Positions 30,126 to 40,046 of a stretch of DNA of 64,000 bases are shown here, piece by piece; the first letter of the stretch is position 1, and each line of letters starts with the position of its first letter. The stretch is from a virus. Its lineage: Duplodnaviria; Caudoviricetes. The stretch lies in IMG/VR virus record IMGVR_UViG_2744054452_000001, positions 16,516 through 80,515 of that record; one strand, written 5' to 3'. The notes beneath the pieces are model-generated. The model was not told the DNA's origin, made no database searches, and saw only the letters and a program-made list of their open reading frames with translations. A program made the position numbers and the translations under genes.

Positions 30126-30472
30126 TTTTTTTTATCGGCGTCGGGCGATTTCAGGACTTCCTCATCCATGTCGCCACGGATGAAGCGCAGGATCGCGCTC
30201 ATGGCGGGCAGCTGCAGGGAGCGCAGGTCTGCCTCGGGGAATTCGGGGATCGACTCCAGGATGTTCTTGATGGCCAGTTCAACCTGGGCGGACACAGCTT
30301 CGGGCTGCTTTTCCTTTGCGCCGCCCTGGGCTTCCAGATCCTCGGCGGCTTTCAGGTTGTCAATGAAGGCTTGAACGGACAGTTCCTTGACTTCGTAGTC
30401 GGTGCCCTTGAAGCGCAGCACGCGCTTGACTGTGGCGAATTCGTCAATGTTCAGGATTTTCGGTGCAGACAT
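30119..30472 (-). CDS. tail assembly chaperone G
   Basis: Lies between tail tube and tape measure; ends in the slippery GAT AAA AAA AAG GAC TGA. Confidence 0.8.
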   Translation of the reverse strand: MSAPKILNIDEFATVKRVLRFKGTDYEVKELSVQAFIDNLKAAEDLEAQGGAKEKQPEAVSAQVELAIKNILESIPEFPEADLRSLQLPAMSAILRFIRGDMDEEVLKSPDADKKKD

Positions 30473-30533
30473 TTTTTTCTTCTTATTGAGCTGCTGGGCG
30501 GCACCCGGCTGGGGCCGCCCATGGGGTCACTGG

Positions 30534-31403
30534 TTATGCGCCAGCGGTTGCGGCCATGTCGCCCAGGGCGAACAGCTTGCCGTCATTGGTGGGGTAGCCG
30601 GTGAAGTTGGCGTTGAACACACGCTCACTGTCGATCTGGTAGGCGAAGGACAGCTCACCGGGAGCGGCAGCGCGGTAGATGGTGAAGTCTTCCGATGTGT
30701 CGCTGTCGGGCTTGTTGATGGGGTGCAGGCGCAGTTCGCCGGCGAAATCCAGCAAGTCCAGGCCGGCGCCAGTCTGCACGTCCAGGCGCATCTTGGTCGG
30801 GGCAATGCCGCCGGCCAGGGTCGCACCAGATGCGGTTGCCTTGGAGCTGGTCGAGGACAGCTCGACAGCATTCGCTTCGGAGCCGTAGTCAATGGCGGTG
30901 ATGACCACCTTGGTAGTGCCTTCGCGCACCGACTGCACGCCGCCGTAGGTGCCGGCCGCGCCGGAGCGGTTGATCGCGGTCACGGTCTTGTTCAGCGTTT
31001 CGGTCAGGTCGGCGCCGATGTTGATCTGGTTGACGGATGCGACAGGGGTATTTGCCGCCACGAACGTGAACGTCTGGCCGCCCAGCTTGAAGGTATCTGC
31101 GGGTGCAGGCTGGCCGGTGAACGTCAGAGTGCCAGTTGCGCGCTTGCCATCGGTCACGATGGTGGAGCCAGGCATCAGGGCACCCATGTTTTCAATGGTC
31201 GATTCGGCCATGGGCACTGTTGCGGTCACGGTACGGCCCTGCACCAGTTCCTTGATGGGGGTCTTACCGTATTGGTCAACCTCCACCTTGTAGGTTTCGG
31301 TGGACACCGAAACCTCAACGCCGCCCTTGGTCAAGCCCAGGTCACGGCCCTTGAAGTAGCCGCGGCAAACGCCCAGCTTCACGTTTTCGGTCTTAGAAGC
31401 CAT
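30534..31403 (-). CDS. major tail (tube) protein with an inserted beta-rich domain
   Basis: LG.TKGGVEV......K.EVDQ.G.TP motif; synteny. Confidence 0.8.
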   Translation of the reverse strand: MASKTENVKLGVCRGYFKGRDLGLTKGGVEVSVSTETYKVEVDQYGKTPIKELVQGRTVTATVPMAESTIENMGALMPGSTIVTDGKRATGTLTFTGQPAPADTFKLGGQTFTFVAANTPVASVNQINIGADLTETLNKTVTAINRSGAAGTYGGVQSVREGTTKVVITAIDYGSEANAVELSSTSSKATASGATLAGGIAPTKMRLDVQTGAGLDLLDFAGELRLHPINKPDSDTSEDFTIYRAAAPGELSFAYQIDSERVFNANFTGYPTNDGKLFALGDMAATAGA

Positions 31404-31496
31404 TGCTCTATTTCCCTCTATTCTTATTCTTATGGGTAAGTCAGGACTGACTTAGCTATGTATTCTAAGCAGAGTCAGTCGGTGTGGCAACACCCT

Positions 31497-31928
31497 CTAT
31501 GGGGCGATGTAGTTGAGCTCGACTTCCATTTCAAACTCGTTGAAACCTCCGTCAGAGCTTTTGTAGGGGGTCGGTTCATTGACCACCCGGATGCCCCGCA
31601 GCAGTACGGACGTGCCGGCGCCGAGCAATTCGTCCAGGTGCTTGCCACTGATGACACGCTCCAAGCTGTCGGTCGCAAGACGCTCCAGCTGCCTTGCCAG
31701 GCGATAGCCACGCGAGTACGGCGCAGAGCGCACCACCATTCGCAGGCCACCGAAGCGCAGCAGCGGGATGTACGGGTCGATCGGCGTCCCCTCGGGGTAC
31801 GAGTCCATCAGCAGCACCCCGTGCTTGCACTGCAGGGGCATTTCGTTGATGAACACCTGGCCAAGGTCGAGGTCTGGGTGCGCGCGCGCGATCTCCATCA
31901 GGAAATCTGCCACAAGTTCCATCTTCAT
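31497..31928 (-). CDS. tail terminator / minor capsid-like protein
   Basis: Position between HK97 gp10-like gene and tail tube. Confidence 0.6.
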   Translation of the reverse strand: MKMELVADFLMEIARAHPDLDLGQVFINEMPLQCKHGVLLMDSYPEGTPIDPYIPLLRFGGLRMVVRSAPYSRGYRLARQLERLATDSLERVISGKHLDELLGAGTSVLLRGIRVVNEPTPYKSSDGGFNEFEMEVELNYIAP

Positions 31929-32443
31929 CGGGTTTTCCTCTTGCGGGTTCTGCTACGCGCCGTCTGGGTTGCGGGGCGGTATGCATTCTTGAGCTGTACG
32001 AATGCCGCTGGCTTGCCGCGGGCGACTGCTTGCAGCTCTTCTTTCAGTAGCAAGGTTCCCTCACGGACAGCACGCGCAAAGAACTTCCGGCCGACCTTGT
32101 TACCGGCCATGGCCTTCTTGCGTGAACCAGGGCCGAGGTTGTACTTGCCCTGCTCCATCAGCTTCGCGTACTCGCTCAGCGAGCCACTGCGCTTGCCGAC
32201 GCGCTTCGCGTCACCGTCGATATAGACCAGGTAGGCGTTGCGCCTGCGCGCGTCCTTGAGCGTCACATATTCGATGTTCTTCTCCAGCACGCCGGTCTTG
32301 ACCGGGGCGTAGCTGCGCGCCAGGTCGCGGATCATCTGGGCACGGCGACGCATTACGTCACTCATGCCCTTCATGGCCTTCTCGCCAGTCTGGGTGATCC
32401 TTGACTCAATGCTGCGCACATCGAAGTCGATCTTCATCCCCAT
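31925..32443 (-). CDS. HK97 gp10-like tail completion protein
   Basis: AR..APVKTG.L...I motif and basic composition. Confidence 0.7.
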   Translation of the reverse strand: MGMKIDFDVRSIESRITQTGEKAMKGMSDVMRRRAQMIRDLARSYAPVKTGVLEKNIEYVTLKDARRRNAYLVYIDGDAKRVGKRSGSLSEYAKLMEQGKYNLGPGSRKKAMAGNKVGRKFFARAVREGTLLLKEELQAVARGKPAAFVQLKNAYRPATQTARSRTRKRKTR

Positions 32444-32802
32444 TGCTCAGGCACCTTCTGATCGCACGTCAGTTCATAGTGGTCAAGAATGCCGCGCACG
32501 TTGAAGCGCGGCTCCCGGCCGATGACGCGAACCTTTGTTTCCAGCATGCCGATCACATCGTCAATGCGTACAACGCTCAGCGGCGGCACCAGGATGCGGA
32601 TCTCGGCAACCTCTTCCTCGGCATGGCCACGGGTGCCCGACGAGTCGGTACGCACCGTGGTTGCCATGGATTTGAAGCGCAGGCGCACCGGGGCGCACCT
32701 CTCCTTGACGGGACGCTCGGCATAGATCGGTTCAGAGTAAGCACTAACGCCCAACTTCTTGAACACGTCAATTCGCATGGTCGTGTACAGGAGTGATGCC
32801 AT
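32434..32802 (-). CDS. head closure (stopper) protein
   Basis: ATG at 32802 (MASLLY...); about 120 aa, beta-rich, ending in HYELTC; synteny. Confidence 0.6.
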   Translation of the reverse strand: MASLLYTTMRIDVFKKLGVSAYSEPIYAERPVKERCAPVRLRFKSMATTVRTDSSGTRGHAEEEVAEIRILVPPLSVVRIDDVIGMLETKVRVIGREPRFNVRGILDHYELTCDQKVPEQWG

Positions 32803-32804
32803 GG

Positions 32805-33674
32805 TCAGCCCCTGTTCAACCGAACGGAAAAGTCCAGCCAGCGACCCAGCGCCTGCGTTGCCTTCTTCGACGCAACACCCAGCGAAGACTCCAGCGTCTT
32901 TGCGGCGCCAAAGAACTGGCTCGACTCGCCCACGGTCATCGAGATCAGGCCATCCCGACGTGCCTGGCGAACAGGATCGTCCGTGATTGCCTCTGCCGCC
33001 TCGTAAATCTGGGCGCGAATCATCGCCGCCAGAAAGTCGGGGTCGAGGGCTGCAACCTCTGCGCGTTGCTCGGGCGTAATGGACGCCAGACGCTTGCCAT
33101 GGTGCTTGCATTGGGCGCGCACCACCAGCGGCAGGGACATGATGGCAAGGAACGCATCGCTCATCGCCACATTGCGCTCATGCCGATCCATGGCGAGCAG
33201 GTCTCCTGTGACCTGGATCGGGTAGTCGAGCATTTCCATCTGCATCGCGTCGTCAGCAAGGATGCCCGTCACCCAGGGCTTCATCATGCTGCCGCTGATC
33301 GAAACCAGCTGCCGGGTGTTGTGCAGGTTGCCAGAAACGTCTTCGATGGACACAACCAGCGCAATGCCCTCGCTTTTACCGCTTTCGGGCTGGCGCAGCG
33401 AGGTCAGTGTTCCGTCGAGAATGACGAGCAGGCTATCTACGGCGGCAGTTGGGTCATACGGGGTTGAGGTGCTGTCGTCTTGGTCTTCGCGGTCGATGGT
33501 CAAGACATGGCGGTCAACCGTGGCATCAAGCTCACGCTCGCGCACCAGGACGGCCCCATCCAGGCCGACCACAGACACCATTACGGCCGTTGGCAGGACA
33601 CGGGCGCCATTGGTGTCAACGATGGGCACCTGCACGCCCAGGCGTGCCCCAGGATCGGTACGGATTGGGGCCAT
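32805..33674 (-). CDS. head-tail adaptor-like protein
   Basis: C-terminal AQ..EA...G..S.TVGESS..F adaptor-like motif; synteny. Confidence 0.6.
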   Translation of the reverse strand: MAPIRTDPGARLGVQVPIVDTNGARVLPTAVMVSVVGLDGAVLVRERELDATVDRHVLTIDREDQDDSTSTPYDPTAAVDSLLVILDGTLTSLRQPESGKSEGIALVVSIEDVSGNLHNTRQLVSISGSMMKPWVTGILADDAMQMEMLDYPIQVTGDLLAMDRHERNVAMSDAFLAIMSLPLVVRAQCKHHGKRLASITPEQRAEVAALDPDFLAAMIRAQIYEAAEAITDDPVRQARRDGLISMTVGESSQFFGAAKTLESSLGVASKKATQALGRWLDFSVRLNRG

Positions 33675-33677
33675 GGC

Positions 33678-34076
33678 TTAGTTCTGCGCGGCCAGGATGC
33701 CGGTGATCAGATCCGTGATCGACTTGCCGCTCACGCCCAGAGGTGCGGCAATTTCACGCACGCCCTTGATGCCGCTCTTGTCGGCCACTGCCTCCAGTGC
33801 ATCGCGCGTCCAGGCCTCGCCGGCGGCAGGCTTCTCGTCCACAGTCACCAGGGGCTCCGGCGCGGGCGCGGCGGCAGCGCTCTTGAGCGTCACAACGGCG
33901 GGCTCGTTGGTGTCGGTGATCTCGTCGCCATGCTGTTCGACGCGCAGCAGAGCCTGCATGCGCTTGAACTCAATATCGCTGACGGGACTTGCAGAAATGC
34001 CGTCCTTGAAAGCGATGATGCCGAAGTAGCCCGAGAAGCCTTCGTAGCCAGCTTCTGTGATTTTCAGGTGTTTCAT
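33678..34076 (-). CDS. virion-associated protein with small C-terminal helical domain
   Basis: Follows the major capsid gene; GI..VREIA..LGV.GKSI..LI..IL. Confidence 0.6.
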   Translation of the reverse strand: MKHLKITEAGYEGFSGYFGIIAFKDGISASPVSDIEFKRMQALLRVEQHGDEITDTNEPAVVTLKSAAAAPAPEPLVTVDEKPAAGEAWTRDALEAVADKSGIKGVREIAAPLGVSGKSITDLITGILAAQN

Positions 34077-34166
34077 TCTTGGTTCCTAAACAAAAAAGAC
34101 GGGGCCGAGGTTCCACCACAGCTCCCGCCTTGCAAATAAGTCAGTCAGAACTGACTTATATCACGC

Positions 34167-35072
34167 TTACACGTTGGTCACACCAGCCAGGCGAGCCAGC
34201 GACTTGGTGGATTTCAGTGCCAGGCCGCAGTACCACTTCAAGCGGGTGCGGATCGCATCCTTGTTCTGCACGGTGCCGATGGTTTCCACGCGAATACCGG
34301 CAGAGGCACCGCCGTACAGGCCGTGCAGACCATCCAGCTCGTTCGCACGCACGGCGTACACCGAGCAGGTCGAGCTGTTGGAGCCCATCAGTTCATCACC
34401 GGGCATGAAGTCGTTGATGATGATGGGGCAGCCGTTGTGCGCCAGCACGGGCACGTCGAAGTTGGGATGCTGGATCATCGCGCCGGTGTTGCCGCCGGCA
34501 GCACGCAGCTGGGCCACGTAGGCACGACGGGTGCCGGAGCGCATCATCAGGAAGTCGGGGCCGCCGTTGGGCACGGAGTCCACCAGGTGATCCAGTGCGC
34601 TCAGGGTCAGCGCACCGCCATCCACGCCTGCCTCGATGGTCTGCTCGGCAGTGACCAGGGCTTTCAGGCCGTCGAATTCCTTTTCGTTCACGGACGAATC
34701 GCCGTTGACCACCGACTTCTGGAAGGCACGGGCCATCGACTTGGCTTTCAGTGCGATCTGCACGCCCAGCTGGTCTTCGGTGTCGGACATGGTTTCGGCC
34801 ATGAACTTGTCCACGTCCACGTCACCGATCAGGATGCGCAGCTTGGTGGTGACTTCCTTGAAGGTCGAAGCGTTTTCGGGCACCACTTCGTTCACGTCCA
34901 GGTAATCCACCGTTGCCAGCGTACCCTCGCGCTTGTACAGGTATGCCTTGCCGCTCACCTTGGTGAAGGGCAGCATGTTGTACATCTCGTTCGTGGTGAA
35001 AATTTCTTCCACGATGCCCTGGACAACTTGATCCTGGGACAGCTTTTCAGCTTCTACTTTCAGCAGAGGCAT
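34167..35072 (-). CDS. major capsid protein (HK97 fold)
   Basis: About 300 aa starting MPLLKVE at 35072; LPF..V.G, GD......EFDGL, R.KWY.GLAL motifs; strongly biased codons; follows the scaffold. Confidence 0.88.
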   Translation of the reverse strand: MPLLKVEAEKLSQDQVVQGIVEEIFTTNEMYNMLPFTKVSGKAYLYKREGTLATVDYLDVNEVVPENASTFKEVTTKLRILIGDVDVDKFMAETMSDTEDQLGVQIALKAKSMARAFQKSVVNGDSSVNEKEFDGLKALVTAEQTIEAGVDGGALTLSALDHLVDSVPNGGPDFLMMRSGTRRAYVAQLRAAGGNTGAMIQHPNFDVPVLAHNGCPIIINDFMPGDELMGSNSSTCSVYAVRANELDGLHGLYGGASAGIRVETIGTVQNKDAIRTRLKWYCGLALKSTKSLARLAGVTNV

Positions 35073-35186
35073 GTTTTCTCCGTTCTTCTTCTTGTTATAG
35101 GAGTGAGTAAGTTCTGACTTACTTATTTTATGAACACAGTTGCCATTTTGCAAGCGGCCAGATGCAAATACTGACCGCCATGCAAA

Positions 35187-36098
35187 TTAAGCAGCTGCCG
35201 CGGCCATGCGCAGGCCGGCACTAATGCGCTCGGCGGGTGTCATGGCGCGCTTTGTCGCCTCTGCCGCGATGCCCTTGCGGGCCGCGAGGGACGTATTGGC
35301 AGGGGCACTGCCGGCGCCAGGCTTTGCGTTGGAGCGCAGCATCTGGTCGCGTTCGGGGTCAGGGTCGGCCTTGACCAGCTGAATCAGAGCATCGTTGAAG
35401 GACAGGGGCTCGCCGCTGGAGTCAACCAGCTGCGTGCGTTCGGCGCTGCCACGGGGCTTGTCAAAGCCAACAACCTTGCCGTCGACAAAGTCGAAGTGCT
35501 CGCCGTAGACCTTGCGTGCCTTTGCGCGGGTCATCAGCAGCATTTCGCCAATCACGGGGGACGTGGCGAAGGCGTTGCCCACGGTCAGCTCACTGATCTG
35601 CTGCTGCAGACTGCCGATTTCGCTACGCAGTGTTTCGCGCTCAGAAACCGTGGATTCCATTTCTTCCTTGTGACGCTGCGCCATTTGCTGCGTCAGGCGG
35701 TCGTACTCGCCACGGGCTTCCAGCTGCTTGCGCTCCAGCTCAGCCTGCTCGGCCTTCCATGCCTTGTAGGCTTCCACGTCAACGCCGTCAAACTGCGCCA
35801 ACTTGCCCTGCAGTTCGGAGATCTGGCCCTGCAGCTGATTGGCGCGGCCCTTGTGCTTCATCACATCGCGCAGCAGGCCGGCTTCGGAGTCGGTCGGCTT
35901 TTTGGATCCATCGCCCTCTTCGGCGGTCTTGGTGCCGGCGGGGTCATCGCCTTCGCCATCACCTTCGTCCGATTCGGCCTTGCCCGGGGTGTTGCCCTCT
36001 TGGGCAGCGGCACCCGTGCCACCGGTATCAGAGCCGCCCTCACCGGCAGCATCCATCAGCTTGTGCAGCTTGAGCAGTTTTTGCAAACGCAGATTCAT
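35187..36098 (-). CDS. capsid scaffolding protein
   Basis: Acidic disordered N-terminus, coiled coil, PGAGS tail; between portal and capsid. Confidence 0.78.
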   Translation of the reverse strand: MNLRLQKLLKLHKLMDAAGEGGSDTGGTGAAAQEGNTPGKAESDEGDGEGDDPAGTKTAEEGDGSKKPTDSEAGLLRDVMKHKGRANQLQGQISELQGKLAQFDGVDVEAYKAWKAEQAELERKQLEARGEYDRLTQQMAQRHKEEMESTVSERETLRSEIGSLQQQISELTVGNAFATSPVIGEMLLMTRAKARKVYGEHFDFVDGKVVGFDKPRGSAERTQLVDSSGEPLSFNDALIQLVKADPDPERDQMLRSNAKPGAGSAPANTSLAARKGIAAEATKRAMTPAERISAGLRMAAAAA

Positions 36099-36170
36099 GT
36101 TCTTCTTCCTCGGCCAGTCTCTCGGCCTGATGTTGGTGATTCGGGGCCAGTCTCTCGGCCCCTGCTAAGG

Positions 36171-37793
36171 TCAGGAGGCAACCATTTCCTTGGCTGTCTT
36201 CTGGGTCGCGGCAGCCCTCACGGGGTCGCCGCCTTTGTTCGCGTTGCTGTCGCCGCCCTTCTCCGTACCAGGCAGCGATCCGGTGGCCTTGGCCATCTTC
36301 TGCGCCTGCTCGATTGGGTCGGGCGGCCACTTCTTGATCGCTGCCTCGATCACCTTGCGGTCGGACTTGCTCATTGCAGGGAAGAGCTTTTCGACCACCT
36401 GGAGCATTTGCTTGCGACGCACCTCGTCAGGCGCGGCCAGCAGGGACAGGCGGGCACCGATCTCAAACTCGTCATACAGGCTGCGCGTGTCGAACTTCTT
36501 GGGATACGCCAGCAGCTCGGCAACATCGGCGGGCACGGTCTCTTGGCCCTTCCAAAGCATGACGAGAGCCAGGATTCGGATCTCAGTTTGTTCAAGCGAT
36601 GCGGATTTCGCCGCCAGCAGCGAGTTAACGCGCTCAAAGTCGTAGGCTTTGGCAACGCCAGAGCTGTTATCGACACCACCGCCGTTGTCATCCTTGGTGC
36701 GCTCTGCACTCAGGCCAACGGAGTGGTAAATCTCATTGATGATCTTGCCGACCGCCGCCAGGATCATGCTTGCCTGGCGCGGGTCGGGACTGATGAATTC
36801 GGGCTTCTGGCCAGCCTCGCCGTTGTAGGTGAAGATGCGCTTCGTGCCGGCCTCAACCAGCTTTTGGTGCATGTCATCACCCGGCATCAGACCCTGGGCA
36901 GGCATGGTGAGCTGCGAGAAGGTCTGGTCTTGAATGATGGCGTCGAGGTTGCTCAGGTAGTTCGCGTTGGCGCGATCCAGGTAGGCAATGTCATCAATCA
37001 GACCCTGGGTCTCGTACAGCTCTTCGCTCAGTACGTGGTCTGCTTGCACGACTGGCACGACGCCAAGATCGTGCTTGCCCTGGGCCAGCATTGCGTAGCG
37101 TGATCGGCGCAGGTGACGACCGTAGCGCTCTTCCCCGATCAGGAACCACGAATCGCGCGTCCAAAGACGGAAGCGCTCAAGATATTTGCCCGTGGCATTC
37201 AGGGGGTCGGCGTCGTCGCGCACCATTTCCCGAAACAGAATCCAGTTCAGACGCCCCATTTCGTCATAGGACATATCGAGGGCATCTTGCGGCTTGACGA
37301 TGTAGGCGTAGACGCGGGCGCCCTGCTTTTTCTCGTCGGCCTTGCTCACTGCCTCATCGTCTTGCGCTGTGAGTGTGCTGTCCACCACCACCCAGACACG
37401 GCCAAACTTGCTCGTGGAGTTGCTGATCCGGCGGGAGAAGTTGTCCATGTTCAGGCCGGAGAGCGTCGCATTCTTCCAGAACGCGGCAATTTCCTCGGGC
37501 GCATCTTCACTGCGGTGAATTGGCTGCTTGAACAGGTACTTGTCGATCAGGTCAACGACCTGGCGTGTGTGATTGAAGCGATACGCGCGCTTTACGCGGC
37601 CAGCGTATTCCTCGTCGCCTTCCTTGAGGTAACGAAAAATGTTGTCCTTGAACCATGCACGGCCGCCCTCATAGGTAGCTTCCAGGAAGTTCCAATGCGG
37701 GAGATTTTCGTTATAGAGGGGGTGCCGCCGATCAATCAGCGAGGTCAAGGTGTCGGTCATTGCGTTTGTTTTTATTGTTTTCGCAGATGCCAT
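36171..37793 (-). CDS. portal protein
   Basis: 540 aa directly after TerL; Y..R..RA...N, GR.WV.VD and SG.AK..DF patterns. Confidence 0.85.
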   Translation of the reverse strand: MASAKTIKTNAMTDTLTSLIDRRHPLYNENLPHWNFLEATYEGGRAWFKDNIFRYLKEGDEEYAGRVKRAYRFNHTRQVVDLIDKYLFKQPIHRSEDAPEEIAAFWKNATLSGLNMDNFSRRISNSTSKFGRVWVVVDSTLTAQDDEAVSKADEKKQGARVYAYIVKPQDALDMSYDEMGRLNWILFREMVRDDADPLNATGKYLERFRLWTRDSWFLIGEERYGRHLRRSRYAMLAQGKHDLGVVPVVQADHVLSEELYETQGLIDDIAYLDRANANYLSNLDAIIQDQTFSQLTMPAQGLMPGDDMHQKLVEAGTKRIFTYNGEAGQKPEFISPDPRQASMILAAVGKIINEIYHSVGLSAERTKDDNGGGVDNSSGVAKAYDFERVNSLLAAKSASLEQTEIRILALVMLWKGQETVPADVAELLAYPKKFDTRSLYDEFEIGARLSLLAAPDEVRRKQMLQVVEKLFPAMSKSDRKVIEAAIKKWPPDPIEQAQKMAKATGSLPGTEKGGDSNANKGGDPVRAAATQKTAKEMVAS

Positions 37794-37939
37794 AGTAAGT
37801 CATTACTGACTTACAAGCAAGCAAAGAGCGGGGCACGGGCTGGGAACATCCCCAGGCGAGAAGGGAGGAAAGATCTAAAAACTTCCCGCCTACCCGTGCC
37901 CTGTCTCATGGCTTGCGGCGAGTATAACTCAGTTCTGAC

Positions 37940-39247
37940 TTATACCGAAACACCCAAAATTTCCACCTTGCGCACAGGGAATTCGTACTCGATGCAGTAG
38001 CCGGCCGCGTCAGCCGCGTGTTCGACACCTGCAGTCTTGTCAACTTCGCGGCTGTGGGGCTTGTACAGCGTCTGCTCAAGCGCCTCGATCAGCTTCTTGC
38101 ATCGTGGGTCAACGTACATGCGAACCGCACCGCTTGCGCTCTTGAGCATGCGGTTGACGGAATTCACGCGGTCAGCGACTGGCGGGTGCTTCTTACGGTA
38201 TTTCTGGCGCTTGAACCCGCGCTCACGGAACACGTCCAGGTCAGACTCCCCGCGCTGGTGCCCACGGTACGCGCCGGCGGGGTCGGGATAGATCGTGATC
38301 TGGTTGATGAAACGCCAGTACCGGCGCTCGATCTCGTCGCACAGCTCTTCGGTGTTGGAGCTCGGCAAGCAGATTTCATCGACGGCCCACAGCTCCTTGG
38401 TGCGCGGCTGGTACTGGAACACCACGGAACTCATGGGGTCGATGTTGAAGTCCTGCCCGATCCACAATGGCAGGTCGGGGTTGAACGCCAGGCTCTTAAC
38501 GTGCGTTTTTCGGTCGAATGCGTGATACACGCGGCCGCTCATGGTCTCGAATGACGCCTCAAACTCCTGCTTGAAGCTCTTTTCGTCCATGTCCTCACGA
38601 GCCGCCTGCAGTTCCTCCAACGGGATGAACGGCGAGGTGATCGTGGGGAACTGCCAGCTCATCCAGTCGCGCAGACCCTTCTTGCCCAGCGCGTAAAGCT
38701 CATGCAGGAAGTTGTACGCCTTGGGCGTGCCGATGAACAGGGCATGGCCGCCGGTGGATGCCAGCGTTGGGCGCAGCACCTTCTTCCAGGCCTCGGGGTC
38801 AATATCCTGCACCTCGTCCATGACAAGGTAATGGATCCCCACGCCGCGCAGCGAGTCGGGATTGTCCGCGCCCTTGAGCTCGATGCGCGTGCCATTGACC
38901 AACGTGATCGCCAGGATCGTTTCGTTGTACTTTTTGACCCACCCGCGCGGGATGGCCTCGACCAGCTCAGGCCACATGATCTGCTTGGCCATGCGGTAGG
39001 AAGGGGCGACGTACCAGACCAGGCGCTTTTTCTTGCGGGCGAACTTGATAAGGCTGGTCTTGGCCAGCTGGGTCTTGCCCCAGCGCCGGCCGGCGACCAC
39101 CACCTTGAAGCGGTAAGGCGCGCTGTAGACCTCCATCTGCTTCTTGTGCAGAAAGAGCGTGTTTTCAGGAGGGCGGAACGACTCGCGGATCTCGTCGGTT
39201 GCTTCGGAGACCGCTGCTGCTACCGCCGTGGGCACGAGAAGGGTCAT
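37940..39247 (-). CDS. terL: terminase large subunit
   Basis: AGRRWGKT Walker A, LVMDE Walker B, IGTP, QEFEASF, GQDFN nuclease motif, H.ADA.GY. Confidence 0.93.
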   Translation of the reverse strand: MTLLVPTAVAAAVSEATDEIRESFRPPENTLFLHKKQMEVYSAPYRFKVVVAGRRWGKTQLAKTSLIKFARKKKRLVWYVAPSYRMAKQIMWPELVEAIPRGWVKKYNETILAITLVNGTRIELKGADNPDSLRGVGIHYLVMDEVQDIDPEAWKKVLRPTLASTGGHALFIGTPKAYNFLHELYALGKKGLRDWMSWQFPTITSPFIPLEELQAAREDMDEKSFKQEFEASFETMSGRVYHAFDRKTHVKSLAFNPDLPLWIGQDFNIDPMSSVVFQYQPRTKELWAVDEICLPSSNTEELCDEIERRYWRFINQITIYPDPAGAYRGHQRGESDLDVFRERGFKRQKYRKKHPPVADRVNSVNRMLKSASGAVRMYVDPRCKKLIEALEQTLYKPHSREVDKTAGVEHAADAAGYCIEYEFPVRKVEILGVSV

Positions 39248-39873
39248 TCCAGACTCCCCAGCTCGTCCAGACCATCGGTCTCGCCCGCACCCATGTCGTC
39301 GGTTTCAGGAACTGCGTCGCGCAGCTGCTCGACTTCGCCCTGGGTCAGCTCGCGCACGGTCAAATCTGGCAGGTCGTCAATGTCCTCCATTGCCTCCATC
39401 TTTGGCACGTTCAGGAGGTCATAGGCTTCCTTGCGTGTGATGGCCAGCACCTCGGCAGCCATCTTGTAGACGGCCATCGACTTGCGCAGCGTCCCAACGT
39501 CCACGCCGGCGGCGCGGGACTTGTGAATGTCCTGAAACGCCATCTGTGCCAGCATCTGCGACATGCTGTAGTGGCGCTCTTTGACGGACTTAATGCGCTT
39601 GAGTGTTTCGTCCAGCTCGCTCCTGACGACCTCTTCGACCGCTTCTGCCACGGCCTTCGTCGCCGCGGTGCTGGCAACGTCCTCGACACTGGTGCCCTTG
39701 GAGATACCCATCTTGGCGAACAGGCGCGAGAAGGTCTCGGGGCGCTTGCCGAACTTCTTGGACAGATCAGCGAGGGTTACGGTGCCCGAAGTCCACAGTG
39801 CCGCTGCCTCTGCGCGCTGGCGGGGTGTCAGGTTGCCCCGAATCACCTTTTCCTTCTTGGTCTCTTCGCTCAT
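39244..39873 (-). CDS. terminase small subunit candidate (N-terminal HTH)
   Basis: HTH-like TLADLSKKFG.RPETFSRLF, helical middle, acidic tail; overlaps the terL start. Confidence 0.7.
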   Translation of the reverse strand: MSEETKKEKVIRGNLTPRQRAEAAALWTSGTVTLADLSKKFGKRPETFSRLFAKMGISKGTSVEDVASTAATKAVAEAVEEVVRSELDETLKRIKSVKERHYSMSQMLAQMAFQDIHKSRAAGVDVGTLRKSMAVYKMAAEVLAITRKEAYDLLNVPKMEAMEDIDDLPDLTVRELTQGEVEQLRDAVPETDDMGAGETDGLDELGSLE

Positions 39874-40046
39874 GCGCCCACCCCTTGCGCATGGCCTTCA
39901 CCCTCTTCCGTTTGGGCAAAAAAAAGGGCGGGTACTAAGCCCGCCTGTACTCCAAACTCGTCTGAGGTGTAGTGAGCGGAATTATAGCATCCAAATTCAG
40001 TCAGTTCTGACTTATTTTTTGGAATGCCGGTAGATGCATGGCTCAT
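39870..40046 (-). CDS. putative 58-aa leader ORF upstream of terS
   Basis: ATG at 40046 preceded by AAGAAGAAGAAGAAAAC; its TGA overlaps the terS ATG (ATGA). Confidence 0.4.
   Translation of the reverse strand: MSHASTGIPKNKSELTEFGCYNSAHYTSDEFGVQAGLVPALFFAQTEEGEGHAQGVGA
39918..39946 (-). terminator. intrinsic terminator upstream of terS
   Basis: Minus strand AGGCGGG-CTTAGTA-CCCGCCC followed by T8. Confidence 0.7.

Noticed and set aside
34167-35153. ORF-track long starts for capsid (35153), ParB2 (44000), holin (7406), endolysin (7780) and stopper (33111)
   Set aside because: The extensions overlap upstream genes or regulatory DNA; downstream starts with RBS or stop-start coupling fit better.
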